46,581 bases of DNA from Deltaproteobacteria bacterium. GTDB lineage: Bacteria > Myxococcota_A > UBA796. A model generated the notes under the pieces. The model made no database searches and was not told where the DNA came from. It saw nothing but the letters and a program-made list of their open reading frames with translations. Positions 34,261-43,411 of this stretch are shown one piece after another. The stretch covers positions 1 through 46,581 of the forward strand of contig NYTD01000284.1 of NCBI GenBank assembly GCA_002683315.1, read 5' to 3'. Both the position numbers and the translations under genes were made by a program. The number at the start of each line of letters is the position of its first letter. Position 1 is the first letter of the stretch.

Positions 34261-36030
34261 ATGTCTGTTTATATCCTACTCAGCTTTATTTTATTAGGGG
34301 CCTGTGATGCCCCAAAAGACAAATCTACTACAACAAAAGAAAATATTCCGTCCTTGAAAGAAGCTTCCCAAAAGATTGATCAACCCAAAGAAACGTCCAA
34401 GTCTATTTCTAGAGCAATATTATCTCAAGACAAAATCGATTTCTATAAAAAAGAATTCCCCAACGCCGTAGGTTTTAACAAACGAGATATCCCTGCAGAT
34501 TTCCTTTCTGAAATAGATAAAAGCAATAGCTCATACTACGAGGTTCTCGACCAAAACAATACCGTTATCGGCTATCTTCGTGACTTTATGGGCCCTGTCA
34601 CCAGCGAGGAAAATTGTGCTTGTAATCCATTGTCATTGACACTCGCATACAACACAGATTTTTCGCTAAAAAATCTTATCTCTGTTGCTCCCCTGCAAAA
34701 ATATGGGCATGAAGCACTCACAGAAGAAGAACATAAAAAGATGGTCTCCATTGTACAAAATCCAAGTCCAGATCTTCTTTCTCTACAAGCACCACAAGAC
34801 ATGATCGATGGTTCTACTGGAGCAACGAGTCTTACATATAAAGATAAAGTTGTAGACAAAGCTGGTTATTCTTCTTGGCGGCTTGCACGTTTATCCATGG
34901 AAACTGCTCAGATTTTACAAGGTGCACCAATACAACGAGACATGGACCGATTGCAGAAAAAAATGCAAGGAGCCGACACACCCAAAATCCAAAGAGAGAG
35001 ACTTGTAGAATTTATTCCGACAGCAGAGAGCGACTATCTCAAGCAGCGAGCCATATTCATTCTTTCAGAACTCTATTTACAAGGCTTGAGTATTGGTGAA
35101 AAAACAGATTCACAAGTTGAGTCCATTATCTTAAATGCCAATCTGGGAGCCATGCAAGAGGCTGAGCTTCTCATAAACCTCTGTCTTGCATTTGTGGAAC
35201 AAAAAGCAGCACCAGATTTTGTCTCAAAATGTATAAAAAAATTAGATTCCAATCCCCAAAAGGAAGGTTTTTCCGCGCAAATAGCACTACTAAAAGGGAT
35301 GGAACTATTCGAAAAAGGAAAAGGAAAAGAAGCCATACCTCTTCTGGAAAAAGGCCTTGCAGTTGGATCTATTTCTCCAGAATTAAGACAAAAGATGGCC
35401 TTGGTTTATAAAGAGCTCAATGAAACCAAGAAATCTTGTGCACAGCTAGAAGAAATATATGTGGAAGCGCCCAAATGGCCCAATCTAGAATCGATGTTGC
35501 AAGAGTGCGGTGACACAAAGAAAATCACGAAAAAACTCGACTCTAAAAGAAAGAAAAAGTTACTATCCAGTCGATTAGATGCTCCCCAAAAAGCCTCAAT
35601 TATGAGCCTAAAAGATGAAGAAGGGAAACAAAAATCGATCGATCTAAGCTCTACTGGGAACAAAACAGTCATCGTATTTTTTGCCACATGGTGTCCACAC
35701 TGTCAAAAAGAAATGCCAAGACTGGTTGAGTTTTACAACACGTTACAGCTATCACCTCAAAAGAATGAGATTGAACTTTTGGCAATCCGAGCCTCAACAG
35801 CGAGAGAAACCCAAAGTTTCGCTGATTTCAAAAAGCAGTATGGAATTCCATTTCCTATTATGACAGATGAAGGAATCGCATTTGAGAGTTTTGCTTCGAA
35901 GCAAGGAGTTAGCCCAGGATTTCCGATGATGGCGATCGCAAATGCAAAAGGAGAAGTTGTGTACTTTCTTTCCCATGGAGATCACAACGACACATCAAAA
36001 GAACTCTTCTGGCTGTTGGAATCCTTATAA
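34261..36030 (+). CDS. Lipoprotein with FMN-bind-like domain (DxxTGAT flavinylation motif), helical middle region and C-terminal TlpA/ResA-type thioredoxin domain
   Basis: Lipobox LLGAC (Cys15). IDGSTGATS at 34807-34827 resembles the ApbE flavinylation motif of RnfG/NqrC/NosR FMN_bind domains. C-terminal VIVFFATWCPHCQKEMP (WCPHC at 35689-35703) and the TlpA-like ..GFPMMAIANAKGEVV. Confidence 0.7.
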   Translation: MSVYILLSFILLGACDAPKDKSTTTKENIPSLKEASQKIDQPKETSKSISRAILSQDKIDFYKKEFPNAVGFNKRDIPADFLSEIDKSNSSYYEVLDQNNTVIGYLRDFMGPVTSEENCACNPLSLTLAYNTDFSLKNLISVAPLQKYGHEALTEEEHKKMVSIVQNPSPDLLSLQAPQDMIDGSTGATSLTYKDKVVDKAGYSSWRLARLSMETAQILQGAPIQRDMDRLQKKMQGADTPKIQRERLVEFIPTAESDYLKQRAIFILSELYLQGLSIGEKTDSQVESIILNANLGAMQEAELLINLCLAFVEQKAAPDFVSKCIKKLDSNPQKEGFSAQIALLKGMELFEKGKGKEAIPLLEKGLAVGSISPELRQKMALVYKELNETKKSCAQLEEIYVEAPKWPNLESMLQECGDTKKITKKLDSKRKKKLLSSRLDAPQKASIMSLKDEEGKQKSIDLSSTGNKTVIVFFATWCPHCQKEMPRLVEFYNTLQLSPQKNEIELLAIRASTARETQSFADFKKQYGIPFPIMTDEGIAFESFASKQGVSPGFPMMAIANAKGEVVYFLSHGDHNDTSKELFWLLESL

Positions 36031-36142
36031 ATATCGTATCGATATCAATGTGATATCAAAATTTTCGTCATCACGCGAGATTTGGCATAGATACACCATC
36101 ACATACCTGATATGAAGCATCGAAACTATTTTTGGAGAATAT

Positions 36143-37003
36143 ATGTTTATGAAAAATAAAAATGATTTTTGGCCAGTAGTTGTCACATTTTTGGTTTTCG
36201 GCCTACAGTTCTCTGCTCTTTTTCTCCCTCTTTTATGGTCGTTCCTGGCATCTTTAATTGTTTTGTATGCCTGTGGAACCACTGCTGCATTTCAACATCA
36301 TCACGGTCACTGTTCTGTGTTCAAAAAAAAGAGACTAAACCAAATTTTGGATAGTGCTATGAGTTTTCAGTCTGGTATTACTCCCTATGCATGGATTCTC
36401 CATCATAATATCGGACATCATGGGAACTATATGAATCAGTATCCTCAACAACAAGAAGAGAAGATAGATGCTTCCAATTGGACCAGAGAAGATGGTTCTG
36501 TCATGGGTAGATGGGAATATGTTTGGTATAACCGTGTTCGAATGCACGAACGATGTGCAAAAGTCGGAAAGAAGGCGCGTAAGATCTTTACAAAATATGT
36601 TTTATTTCGCAGAATCCATTTCGCTCTCGTTGCTATTTTTCTCAGTTTGGGGCTTTTTGTTGGTGGATGGATGGGGTTACTCTCGGCAATCATTCACTTT
36701 GTAGTAATTCCACAAATGATGGTTCTCTTTGTCTTCGAAACAACCTACGACCACCATTCTGGGTTATTTACCGATAACAAACATGAAGCATCGCGAAATA
36801 TATTGGGGACTTTTTACAATACGGCTCGATTAAACTTGGGATACCATACCGCACACCATATAAAACCAGGTTTGCACTGGTCTGAACTACCAGAATACCA
36901 TGCATCTATAGAATCCAATATCCCAGAGGATCTTATTGACAGCGACTATAATTTTTTCAGCGCGATGGGAAAAACTATGTTTGCTACAAAAGCGTCAAAA
37001 TAA
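36143..37003 (+). CDS. Membrane fatty-acid desaturase/hydroxylase-family di-iron protein
   Basis: Three His boxes (FQHHHGH, LHHNIGHH, YHTAHH) interleaved with about 4 TM helices; 286 aa; GGAGA upstream of the ATG. Confidence 0.8.
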   Translation: MFMKNKNDFWPVVVTFLVFGLQFSALFLPLLWSFLASLIVLYACGTTAAFQHHHGHCSVFKKKRLNQILDSAMSFQSGITPYAWILHHNIGHHGNYMNQYPQQQEEKIDASNWTREDGSVMGRWEYVWYNRVRMHERCAKVGKKARKIFTKYVLFRRIHFALVAIFLSLGLFVGGWMGLLSAIIHFVVIPQMMVLFVFETTYDHHSGLFTDNKHEASRNILGTFYNTARLNLGYHTAHHIKPGLHWSELPEYHASIESNIPEDLIDSDYNFFSAMGKTMFATKASK

Positions 37004-37026
37004 CGTTTTGTATACGAAACAATCTT

Positions 37027-38505
37027 TTATACTGTAGCCCATTTTCCAATTCCCACTTTCGGGACAGCTCTACGAATTGTAGATTTAATGATTTCACCAA
37101 GTACTTGTGCGCCACCGGCCATTTCAAGTAACTCGGCACGTCCTTCCGACTTAGAAAGTTTGCGACGAATTAGGTCTGGGCGCAGATAGAACTTCATATA
37201 CGCTTTGGTTCGATATGCTCGAAGCTGCTCTGCAGAAAAAGTCTCTGTCTCAAGCTGTGGAATCGCACCACCACCATCAATGGTATACTGCTTCCAAAAA
37301 TCTCCATCCACATAGCCTCTTTCTTGTGCAACACGGTATAAATCTGTTGCTGGCAGTGCTGTTGCCACCGAAAATGAAGCCCAATCTAACCCCAATCCAG
37401 AAGCAAAATCAATCATGTCTTCTACATCTTGTGGAGCTGCATCGTAATATCCAACCATGAAGTATCCTCGTGTGTCGACTCCCTCTTCACGGCAAATTCG
37501 AAATGCTTCAATGGTTTGTTCTCTGGTGATCTGTTTATTCATAATTTTCAACACACGATCAGTTCCCGCTTCTACCCCCATATGAATAGATCGCAGACCT
37601 GCGCGCTTCAAAAGACGAACAATCTCTCGGTCTACAGTATCGACACGAGCTCGGATATTAAACTTTACTTTTAAATTTCTGCGTAATATCTCTTCAGAGA
37701 AATTACGCATTCGTTTTTTGCCGATTGTGAAGGTCTCATCAAAAAATACAATCTCCCTGATTCCATAGTTGTCAACCAAATACTCCATCTCATCTACAAC
37801 CAGCTTTACATCTCGAAACCGCAACTTCTCAGAATATACCTGTGAACAATAGCCACAATGCCATGGACAACCTCTCGTTGTCACCATCGTTGCGAAAGGG
37901 CGAAGAAGTGTAAGGCAATGATAATCACCAAGAGGCATCAAATCCCATGCAGTCATCGGATACTTGTTGATATCACGACTCAAAGGTCTTGGAGGATTCT
38001 TAATAACATCTCCATTAGACAATCGAGCCACTGTTCCTTGTATGTCTGTCCATTCAGACCCTGACTCTATTCGGTCACAAATTTCAAGCAGTGTGTCTTC
38101 TCCATCTCCAACAACTGCGAGATCAAAACACTCCCAAGATAACGATTCTTCTGCATAAATGCTGAGCTGTGGTCCCCCTACAACAATCAGGGTCTCTGGA
38201 GATGTCGCGCGAACCATTTGTGCTATTTCAATGACAGCGGGCCATCCCAATGTCTTTGCTGTCAATGCAACAATGTGTGGATCATAGTCTCGTACACGAC
38301 TTGCAGCATCTTTGGGGTACATGTTCTCTACATGTAAATCCACCAAGTCGACATCATAGCCATTTTGACGAATCCAAGCAGCAAGGGTTCCCAAAGCAAG
38401 AGACGGAAAAATACCGAGCTTCTCTGCCGCTTTCTTAGATAGAGGCTGCTGATCGGCAGCTTCATGATACTTGATGAACATGACACGGGTATTTTTTTTC
38501 GACAT
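37027..38505 (-). CDS. B12-binding-domain radical SAM enzyme (second copy, COG1032-type)
   Basis: N-terminal B12-binding-like region (RVMFIKY.. YDVDLVDLH.. IVALTAKT..), TTRGCPWHCGYC (CX3CX2C), GLRSIHMGVEAG. ATG 38505 is preferred because GAGGA lies upstream; the track start 38556 adds a hydrophobic SD-less extension. Confidence 0.88.
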   Translation of the reverse strand: MSKKNTRVMFIKYHEAADQQPLSKKAAEKLGIFPSLALGTLAAWIRQNGYDVDLVDLHVENMYPKDAASRVRDYDPHIVALTAKTLGWPAVIEIAQMVRATSPETLIVVGGPQLSIYAEESLSWECFDLAVVGDGEDTLLEICDRIESGSEWTDIQGTVARLSNGDVIKNPPRPLSRDINKYPMTAWDLMPLGDYHCLTLLRPFATMVTTRGCPWHCGYCSQVYSEKLRFRDVKLVVDEMEYLVDNYGIREIVFFDETFTIGKKRMRNFSEEILRRNLKVKFNIRARVDTVDREIVRLLKRAGLRSIHMGVEAGTDRVLKIMNKQITREQTIEAFRICREEGVDTRGYFMVGYYDAAPQDVEDMIDFASGLGLDWASFSVATALPATDLYRVAQERGYVDGDFWKQYTIDGGGAIPQLETETFSAEQLRAYRTKAYMKFYLRPDLIRRKLSKSEGRAELLEMAGGAQVLGEIIKSTIRRAVPKVGIGKWATV

Positions 38506-38670
38506 ATAGATCCTCATAGAACAAAAGAATTTTATCACAATGTAACCAAATGTCAAAAGCCATTTGTACTGATATAGAACTACTTTTGTATGTTTTTTGG
38601 GTCGTATTGACTTTTTCTACCAAACGGAATAGATTTTTTTGAATTTTGGCGTTTCTTTTGAGGGTCTTCT

Positions 38671-40620
38671 ATGTTCAAAAACCTATTAAAAAGCAGTGTA
38701 ACCATTGCACTAATGGTCATCACAGTTGTACTGTTGTCCATCACCATCGCAATGCTCAACAACACTGAGCACAATCTAATTAAAGATAACAAATTATTGA
38801 AGTCTCGATTGGAAAAAGCTGAACTTGCTGCAGCTGGTGCACAAAATACAAGCCGTGATTCTGAAATCAAAGGGCCAAATGCAAAGTATGCCCTTGCTTT
38901 CACCGACCCACAAAATCTACTCAGTATCGATCCCGTGGAATGGATTCCTGAAAACGCCACCAAAGGCGGTATGCTAAAAAGCTACTTGGGCTCTGATCCA
39001 AAAGGACTAAATTTTCTCACGCAAAATGGTTCAGATGTAAGCGCGCTGCAAGGATACATAGGAATTAGTCTTGTAGGTCGCCACAAAGAAGACACATCCA
39101 AATACAGGCCGGAACTCGCCTATCATATGGCACGTACAGAAGACTTCCTCACCTACACATTTCGTATACGCGACGATATCTTTTGGCACAAGCCTACACT
39201 CGACGAAACCAATCCTCAATACAAATGGCTTTTCGAAGGAAATACTTGTAGAGATGGACATTTTATCAATGAGCGTTGTCGCGTAACTGCGCACGACATT
39301 GTGTATATGATGGACATGATGATGAATAATCAGGTTGCAGGAGCTGCTCCCGGTCGTTCATACTATTCCAACCTCAAAGAATATAAAGCAATCGACGACT
39401 TCACATTTCGAGTATCCTTCTCTAAGAAAACGCAGACACAAGATCGAATGGTTCGAGGAATATTCCCCATGCCTGAGTTTTTGTATGCATACGATGAAGA
39501 TGGGGAACGATACGATGACTCCATTGCAGGAACCAAATTCGAGGCGCACTGGTATGATCCAAACACCATTGGTGCAGGTCCTTATCGATTTATATCCTTT
39601 GACCCAAGTGTAAAAATTGAATTAGAACGAGATCCTCGATACCCACTTGGTGGAAACGCATACAGCAAAATACTCTTTCAAATTGTCAACGAAGATCTCC
39701 AACGCGTACGAAAGTTCAAGAACGAAGAATTGCACTACACTGGTCTATCTCCTTCTCAATATCGCACGGAGGTTCTGGAAGCAGATGAAAAATCTCCGTT
39801 CAAAAACGGAACCTTTGGATCTGGAGAATTTTGGTCTCATACCTACTTTTACATCGGTTGGAACAACCAATCCCCATTATTTTCAGACAAACGTGTTCGA
39901 AATGCTATGAGTCATGCTTTTAATGCTGATCTACTCCTTGAAGAAGTCATGATGGGACTTGGGAAACGGTGTACGGGCCCAATGCCCGCATTTTTACCTC
40001 AGTACGACCAAACCCTTCCTCCTATTCCTTTCGATCTAGAAAAGGCCAAAAATCTTCTTGAAGAATCAGGATGGATAGACAATGATGGAAATGGTATCCG
40101 CGAAAAGGTTATCGAAGGAACCAAAACAGAATTTGAATTTAGTCTGACCATTTACGGCTCTTCGAAAGAGTACAAAACCATTGGCGATATCTACAAAGAA
40201 GACTTGGCCAAAATTGGTGTTAAAATGAATGTTCAACCACAAGAGTGGTCCAACCTCCTCAAAAAAGTTGATTCGAAAGAGTTTGATGCTGTCACACTGG
40301 CATGGGTATCCAGTCCAGATGTAGACTTTCGTCAGATATGGCACTCAAGCGAAGCTGACAAGCCGCAATCCTCCAACTACATCTCATTTCGAAGTAAAGC
40401 GGCAGACAAGATTATTGAAGAACTCGAAGAAGAATTCGATGTCGAAAAGCGTCATGCGCTCGCAAAGCAGTTTCACAAGCTTATCTATGATGAGCAACCC
40501 TATACGTTCTTCTATACACGTCAAAATAAGTACTACTGGAATAAAGAACTTGAAAACGTGAAAGCACAGCTCACACGACCTTACCTTAATGCACGCGCTT
40601 GGTATTTAAAGGGAGAATAG
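38671..40620 (+). CDS. ABC transporter substrate-binding protein, family 5 (peptide/Opp/Yej type), membrane-anchored
   Basis: 649 aa; N-terminal uncleaved-looking TM anchor (VTIALMVITVVLLSITIAML) plus a coiled segment. The size and body are typical of SBP_bac_5, and it sits adjacent to OppB/OppC-type permeases; GAGGG SD upstream. Confidence 0.75.
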   Translation: MFKNLLKSSVTIALMVITVVLLSITIAMLNNTEHNLIKDNKLLKSRLEKAELAAAGAQNTSRDSEIKGPNAKYALAFTDPQNLLSIDPVEWIPENATKGGMLKSYLGSDPKGLNFLTQNGSDVSALQGYIGISLVGRHKEDTSKYRPELAYHMARTEDFLTYTFRIRDDIFWHKPTLDETNPQYKWLFEGNTCRDGHFINERCRVTAHDIVYMMDMMMNNQVAGAAPGRSYYSNLKEYKAIDDFTFRVSFSKKTQTQDRMVRGIFPMPEFLYAYDEDGERYDDSIAGTKFEAHWYDPNTIGAGPYRFISFDPSVKIELERDPRYPLGGNAYSKILFQIVNEDLQRVRKFKNEELHYTGLSPSQYRTEVLEADEKSPFKNGTFGSGEFWSHTYFYIGWNNQSPLFSDKRVRNAMSHAFNADLLLEEVMMGLGKRCTGPMPAFLPQYDQTLPPIPFDLEKAKNLLEESGWIDNDGNGIREKVIEGTKTEFEFSLTIYGSSKEYKTIGDIYKEDLAKIGVKMNVQPQEWSNLLKKVDSKEFDAVTLAWVSSPDVDFRQIWHSSEADKPQSSNYISFRSKAADKIIEELEEEFDVEKRHALAKQFHKLIYDEQPYTFFYTRQNKYYWNKELENVKAQLTRPYLNARAWYLKGE

Positions 40621-40623
40621 AGC

Positions 40624-42105
40624 ATGCTGTTTTATATTATCAAACGGATGTTGCTCATTATTCCAACGTTCCTCGCCATATCTCTTATCGTCTTTGCGAT
40701 CGTAAACTTTGCACCGGGAAATCCTGGAGGCAGACAAATAGGATCTGAAGGAGGGCAACAGGCCAATACAGGAGAGCAAAGAGAATCGTATCGAATATTT
40801 AAAGAACAATTCAATCTCGACAAACCCGTTATTCTAAATTTTCGATACAATCTGACAAAAGACGAGGTTGTCGATGTTTTGGCCAAAGTGCTTAATCCTG
40901 TAATTGAGATAGATGGGAAAGAAGAGAAAGAATATGGACTTGGAGAGCAAATCGAAAGCCAAGAATATCTAGAAAATCTAGGAAGATATGCAGTCCCTTC
41001 TTTGATGGAGATCCTAAACACACATCCGGAAGTAGAATACAGAGCATTAGCCAGTCAACGATTAACCATTAATGCACGACAAAGATTACAAGGTGAGTTT
41101 CGCAAGGATCTGACCAAAGCACAGCGAGAAACCAATAAAAAGATTTCAGATGAAACAGCAAGCTTCAAAGGCCAATACTTTCTTGCTTTATCTCCAGAAG
41201 ATGCAGAAGATGCAGAATCCAAGACCGAAGAAGAAGTCAAAGAGTTTTGGAATCCATGGTACGAACAGAACAAAACAGACTGGGAGTATTCTACTGGAGA
41301 CATCTTCTCCATAACCTTTACCGACACACGATTTGCAAAATACTGGTATAACCTATCTCAGCTAAATTTTGGGGTCTCTCACCGTGACAAACGTCCTGTT
41401 CTAGAAACGGTTCTCAGCAAGCTCAAGTACTCACTCACCCTTGCCGTAACATCCGTTTTTCTGGCCTACCTTATTTCACTTCCTCTTGGGATATGGTCCG
41501 CTGTGAATCACAATAGCAAGGCAGATCGAGCTGTAACAGTGGTGTTGTTCATGCTGTATTCTTTGCCTTCTTTCTTTGTTGGGGTTGTACTTCTAAATCT
41601 TCTCACTGTGGAATATAGAATATTTCCCACGGCAGGTTTTGAAAGCCTAAATGCAAGTGAAATGACAACACTTGAATATATAAAAGATGTCATGTGGCAT
41701 GTTTTCTTGCCTATTTGTTGTATGACATATGCATCCTTAGCTGCGTTGTCTCGATATGCCAAAACGGGTCTATTGGATATTATCAATGCTGACTTTATAC
41801 GTACCGCACGTGCAAAAGGTCTTCCAGAAAGTGTTGTCATTATCAAACATGCTGCCCGAAATGGAATGATTCCCATCTTGACACTCATCGCAACACTACT
41901 TCCAGTTCTCATCGGTGGCTCTATTGTAATAGAACAGATCTTCGGAATCCCCGGTATGGGACGTTATGGATTCGAAGCGATTCTTACTCGAGACTATAAT
42001 GTTGTCATGGCCATATTACTTATCTCAAGCCTACTCACCCTCATCGGCATGCTTATCAGTGACATACTGTATGCAATTGTCGACCCACGTATTACTTTTG
42101 ACTAG
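40624..42105 (+). CDS. OppB/DppB/YejB-type ABC permease with a large (about 170 aa) extracytoplasmic insertion
   Basis: N-terminal IIKRMLLIIPTFLAISLIVFAIVNFAPGNP and the EAA loop FIRTARAKGLPESVVIIKHAARNGMIPILT are classic. 493 aa compared with the usual 310 or so. Confidence 0.9.
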   Translation: MLFYIIKRMLLIIPTFLAISLIVFAIVNFAPGNPGGRQIGSEGGQQANTGEQRESYRIFKEQFNLDKPVILNFRYNLTKDEVVDVLAKVLNPVIEIDGKEEKEYGLGEQIESQEYLENLGRYAVPSLMEILNTHPEVEYRALASQRLTINARQRLQGEFRKDLTKAQRETNKKISDETASFKGQYFLALSPEDAEDAESKTEEEVKEFWNPWYEQNKTDWEYSTGDIFSITFTDTRFAKYWYNLSQLNFGVSHRDKRPVLETVLSKLKYSLTLAVTSVFLAYLISLPLGIWSAVNHNSKADRAVTVVLFMLYSLPSFFVGVVLLNLLTVEYRIFPTAGFESLNASEMTTLEYIKDVMWHVFLPICCMTYASLAALSRYAKTGLLDIINADFIRTARAKGLPESVVIIKHAARNGMIPILTLIATLLPVLIGGSIVIEQIFGIPGMGRYGFEAILTRDYNVVMAILLISSLLTLIGMLISDILYAIVDPRITFD

Positions 42106-42113
42106 AGGCCTCC

Positions 42114-43352
42114 ATGTCTGAATCGAACAAAAAGATTGTACAAGAAAGCGATGACCTGACATATGGAGATATCGTTTGGGGACAGTTCAAGAAAAATAAC
42201 CTCGCGATGTTTGCCTTGTATGGCCTGAGTATTCTTATTTTTATCGCTGTATTTTGTCCTATACTGGCTTCTGATCGACCTTTTATTTGGGTAGAGAACG
42301 GTCAAACCAGCTACCCTTGGTTCACCTCGCTTTTTGACCGAAATTATTACGAAAACTCTGTCGATATATTCTTCAATCTTGCTATGGTGCTCAGCATTCC
42401 TTTAACAATTATTTGGGTTGTTGTTGCTCGAGTTATTAGAACAAAACATTCTGAAAAAAGAGCATACAGAAAAGTCTTATACCGTTTTAATATAGGACTT
42501 TTTGCGGCTTTTATTGCACTATTTCTGGGTATTAGCACCCAAAAATATGAAGAGCCATACAAACAATACTATGAAGAATACACCCAAGCCAAAGAGGACA
42601 ACCAAAAAGATATCTCGGCAGTATTTACTCCCATTCCATATGGGTATCGGAAAACTGGATTCAAATCTCTTGACGGCATATCTGGAGAACATTGGCTCGG
42701 TGTAGATCAATCCACACGCGATGTTGCTGTACGGATGCTTTATGGAACAAGAATAGCGCTATCTATCGGAATCATAGCTGTATCCATTTATGTAACCATC
42801 GGAGTTATAATCGGTTCTACGGCTGGATTTTTTGGGGGCTGGACCGATATTTTGATCGTACGCTTTATCGAAATCTTCATGTCTATTCCAAGTCTTTTTG
42901 TGATCTTAGCTCTCCTTGCTTTTGTGGAAAAACCATCGATTTTCCACATCATGGCAGTAATCGGATGCCTACGCTGGACCGGTGTTGCTCGACTTACACG
43001 CGGTGAATTTCTCCGATTGAGAAATCTTGATTTTGTAAGTTCTGCCATCGCACTTGGCTTCTCGACAAGAAGAATTATTTTCCAACATGTCCTACCCAAT
43101 GCCCTAGGACCGGTTTTGGTCAATGCCACCTTTGGTGTTGCTGCCGCCATCCTCACAGAAAGTACGCTTTCTTTTCTCGGCTTGGGTGATGTATCTGTTC
43201 CTTCATGGGGTCAAACTTTGAATGAAGGATATAGTACAGGGGCTTGGCACCTTATTTTGGCACCTGGATTTGCTATCTTTTTCACCGTCTCTTTACTCAA
43301 TCTCGTTGGAGAAGGATTCCGAGACGCTCTTGATCCAAAAATGAGGAAGTAG
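42114..43352 (+). CDS. OppC/DppC/YejE-type ABC permease with extra N-terminal TM segments
   Basis: EHWLGVDQSTRDVAVRMLYGTRIALSIG and FVSSAIALGFSTRRIIFQHVLPNALGPVLV motifs. 412 aa compared with the usual 300 or so. Confidence 0.9.
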   Translation: MSESNKKIVQESDDLTYGDIVWGQFKKNNLAMFALYGLSILIFIAVFCPILASDRPFIWVENGQTSYPWFTSLFDRNYYENSVDIFFNLAMVLSIPLTIIWVVVARVIRTKHSEKRAYRKVLYRFNIGLFAAFIALFLGISTQKYEEPYKQYYEEYTQAKEDNQKDISAVFTPIPYGYRKTGFKSLDGISGEHWLGVDQSTRDVAVRMLYGTRIALSIGIIAVSIYVTIGVIIGSTAGFFGGWTDILIVRFIEIFMSIPSLFVILALLAFVEKPSIFHIMAVIGCLRWTGVARLTRGEFLRLRNLDFVSSAIALGFSTRRIIFQHVLPNALGPVLVNATFGVAAAILTESTLSFLGLGDVSVPSWGQTLNEGYSTGAWHLILAPGFAIFFTVSLLNLVGEGFRDALDPKMRK

Positions 43353-43411
43353 CACGAGAAATACTCATAAAAGGATATCTCTCATTTGAATACAAATTGT
43401 CTATCAAAATA

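Noticed and set aside
36031-36065. Possible terminator after the thioredoxin lipoprotein gene: two gatatc (EcoRV) sites forming a 6-bp stem (36041-36046 / 36052-36057), followed by aaaatttt.
   Set aside because: The stem is only 6 bp and AT-rich, and the T-run is only 4 nt and preceded by A4. This is too weak to call.
36101-36148. 15-codon ORF MKHRNYFWRIYVYEK upstream of and overlapping the desaturase start.
   Set aside because: It has no SD, overlaps the better-supported desaturase start with its own SD, and has an AT-rich random-looking composition. This contrasts with the sORF at 31575.
37004-37026. Bidirectional terminator in the 23-nt gap between the convergent desaturase and rSAM2 genes (cgttttgtatacgaaac).
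   Set aside because: This imperfect short dyad (5-6 usable bp around gtatac) has no flanking U-tracts on either strand.
38580-38963. 127-aa minus-strand ORF spanning the divergent promoter region and the 5' end of the SBP gene.
   Set aside because: It overlaps the well-supported SBP gene start, has no SD, and shows low-complexity composition.
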